A stretch of DNA of 62,947 nt, filler included, from Neolecta irregularis DAH-3 (lineage: Eukaryota), in assembly GCA_001929475.1 (NCBI GenBank). It is 8 parts of 8 records of this genome, joined end to end, with 100 filler letters (N's around TTAATTAATTAA, not from the genome) between each part and the next. Parts side by side here need not be neighbours in the genome. Positions count along the whole stretch, not along the records: positions 61,781 to 62,947 come from LXFE01002823.1; 7 more parts are not named here. One strand, 5' to 3'. The position numbers and the translations under genes were made by a program. Below are positions 61,681-62,947 of this stretch, in pieces. The notes under the pieces were generated by a model that saw nothing but the letters and a program-made list of their open reading frames with translations, was not told the DNA's origin and searched no databases. The stretch's first letter is position 1. The number at the start of each line of letters is the position of its first letter.

Positions 61681-62947
61681 NNNNNNNNNNNNNNNNNNNN
61701 NNNNNNNNNNNNNNNNNNNNNNNNTTAATTAATTAANNNNNNNNNNNNNNNNNNNNNNNNNNNNNNNNNNNNNNNNNNNNCATTCTGGAAAAATGCCTTT
61801 CAAACATACACTCAGTATTTGAGAGAAAGCCAGATCTTGAGGTACCCGAAGAAAAAATCTGATGATCAGATTAGTTTTGATCAGGTATAAATAAGAGAGG
61901 TATTATTCGTAAGATTCAACTATGTGCACGAAAATCTTTGTTAAATCCTGATCGCATTCTTGTGATTCACAGGAATATGTATGTTTTGACAAGTCTCGTC
62001 GCTTTTGGATGTATATCTGCTGATGGAGCCACTCTAAAATCAATGGGGACTGGGCTTTTTATCCAGTCAAATTGGAGAAAGTTTGGGAGATTTGCAAAGG
62101 ATGTTAAAAGAAGAGAGGTTTCTGCTATCCCAGGGTCGAAATTGCTATCACATGAGGGTAATTTGTTTACTCGAGTGTCAACTGTGGGGACTGGGTTTGT
62201 CTTGTCTATTTGGATAATATTCCCAGACATTATTAGTCCTGGAGTACCCTGGTTATCCATACTGACAGTAAATAGTATATAGTAAATACTTAGCCAAGTA
62301 CGTCTACTTAGGCTAGTTATAACACTTGGTCTTATCATACTTCTAAGCGCATAGCTTACAAACCGAACCCTTGCCCGCCTCGCACCATACCTCCCGCGCC
62401 ACCACCACCGCCCAGGATCGCCCTTTGAGGTGCGGGGAGACCAGTGCAGGTACGCAAAGGTGTGTGCCATGGCCGGGCCGCTGTATGCAAAGCACGCGAA
62501 GCGACTCGTAAGTGCTCGAGTACTGCCCTGACACCGCCCACTGCCGCTCCCGCCCCTCAAGCACTGTTTCTCCTCCGCCGCACCTTGGCTATTACGACGC
62601 TGAATATATTGTCGGATAAGGGTTGTGAACATAATTTGAACCTCGAGGCTGATAGAGACAGAATATACCAGAAGCGTAACTTGGAGATCTAGTAGCGGGA
62701 CTAATTTAGCCGCGGAGGATGTCCACCACACAACGGTACAGACACTATCAGACCCAGAGGACGCCACCAGTAGAGGGCGTCCTCCCAGTCCGGGAGTTTG
62801 GATCTCCAAAGTGTTCCACCTGGACCAGTTAGATAACCTGACAGTGGCGCGCGAGGATGGGTATTTATGTAGCGCCTAACCTTAGGGAATACAAACCATC
62901 TGCCAAGCTGAATATGTTTAGGCAACTCAATATTCTTTGCATATCTG

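Noticed and set aside
1-62947. tRNA, rRNA or snoRNA genes
   Set aside because: None recognisable by eye; tRNAscan-SE or Infernal would be needed to exclude them.

Overview
This is eukaryotic DNA from a gene-dense ascomycete fungus with very short introns (mostly 32-55 nt). The gene set is fission-yeast-like (clr4, mago nashi, wdr8, ral2-like, hal4-like), so I infer Taphrinomycotina, possibly Neolecta; that is not proven. The window joins 8 contigs with artificial 100-nt N/TTAATTAATTAA linkers. About 30 spliced genes are recognisable, including CAB4, UBX4, COX10, JIP5, prenylcysteine oxidase, DPH2, DPB3, glutaminyl cyclase, TOP2, an APSES factor, reticulon, WTAP/Mum2-like, clr4, CCH1 (3' part), ALDH, SES1, KIN17 and a HAL kinase. 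There is also a bli-3 pseudogene and, mainly in the last 6 kb, LTR-retrotransposon and DNA-transposon debris. Highlights: (1) a complete 1-kb PIF/Harbinger-type non-autonomous element carrying an apparent expression cassette (6x palindromic repeat array, TATA box, small secreted Cys-rich peptide ORF); (2) unusually many non-canonical splice donors (GC, plus candidate GA-AG and AT-AG introns in conserved motifs); (3) CpG-free repeat DNA versus CpG-rich gene 5' ends; (4) a WTAP/Mum2-like gene and a NEDD1-like C-terminal fragment. All gene models were placed by eye, so exon boundaries are approximate.
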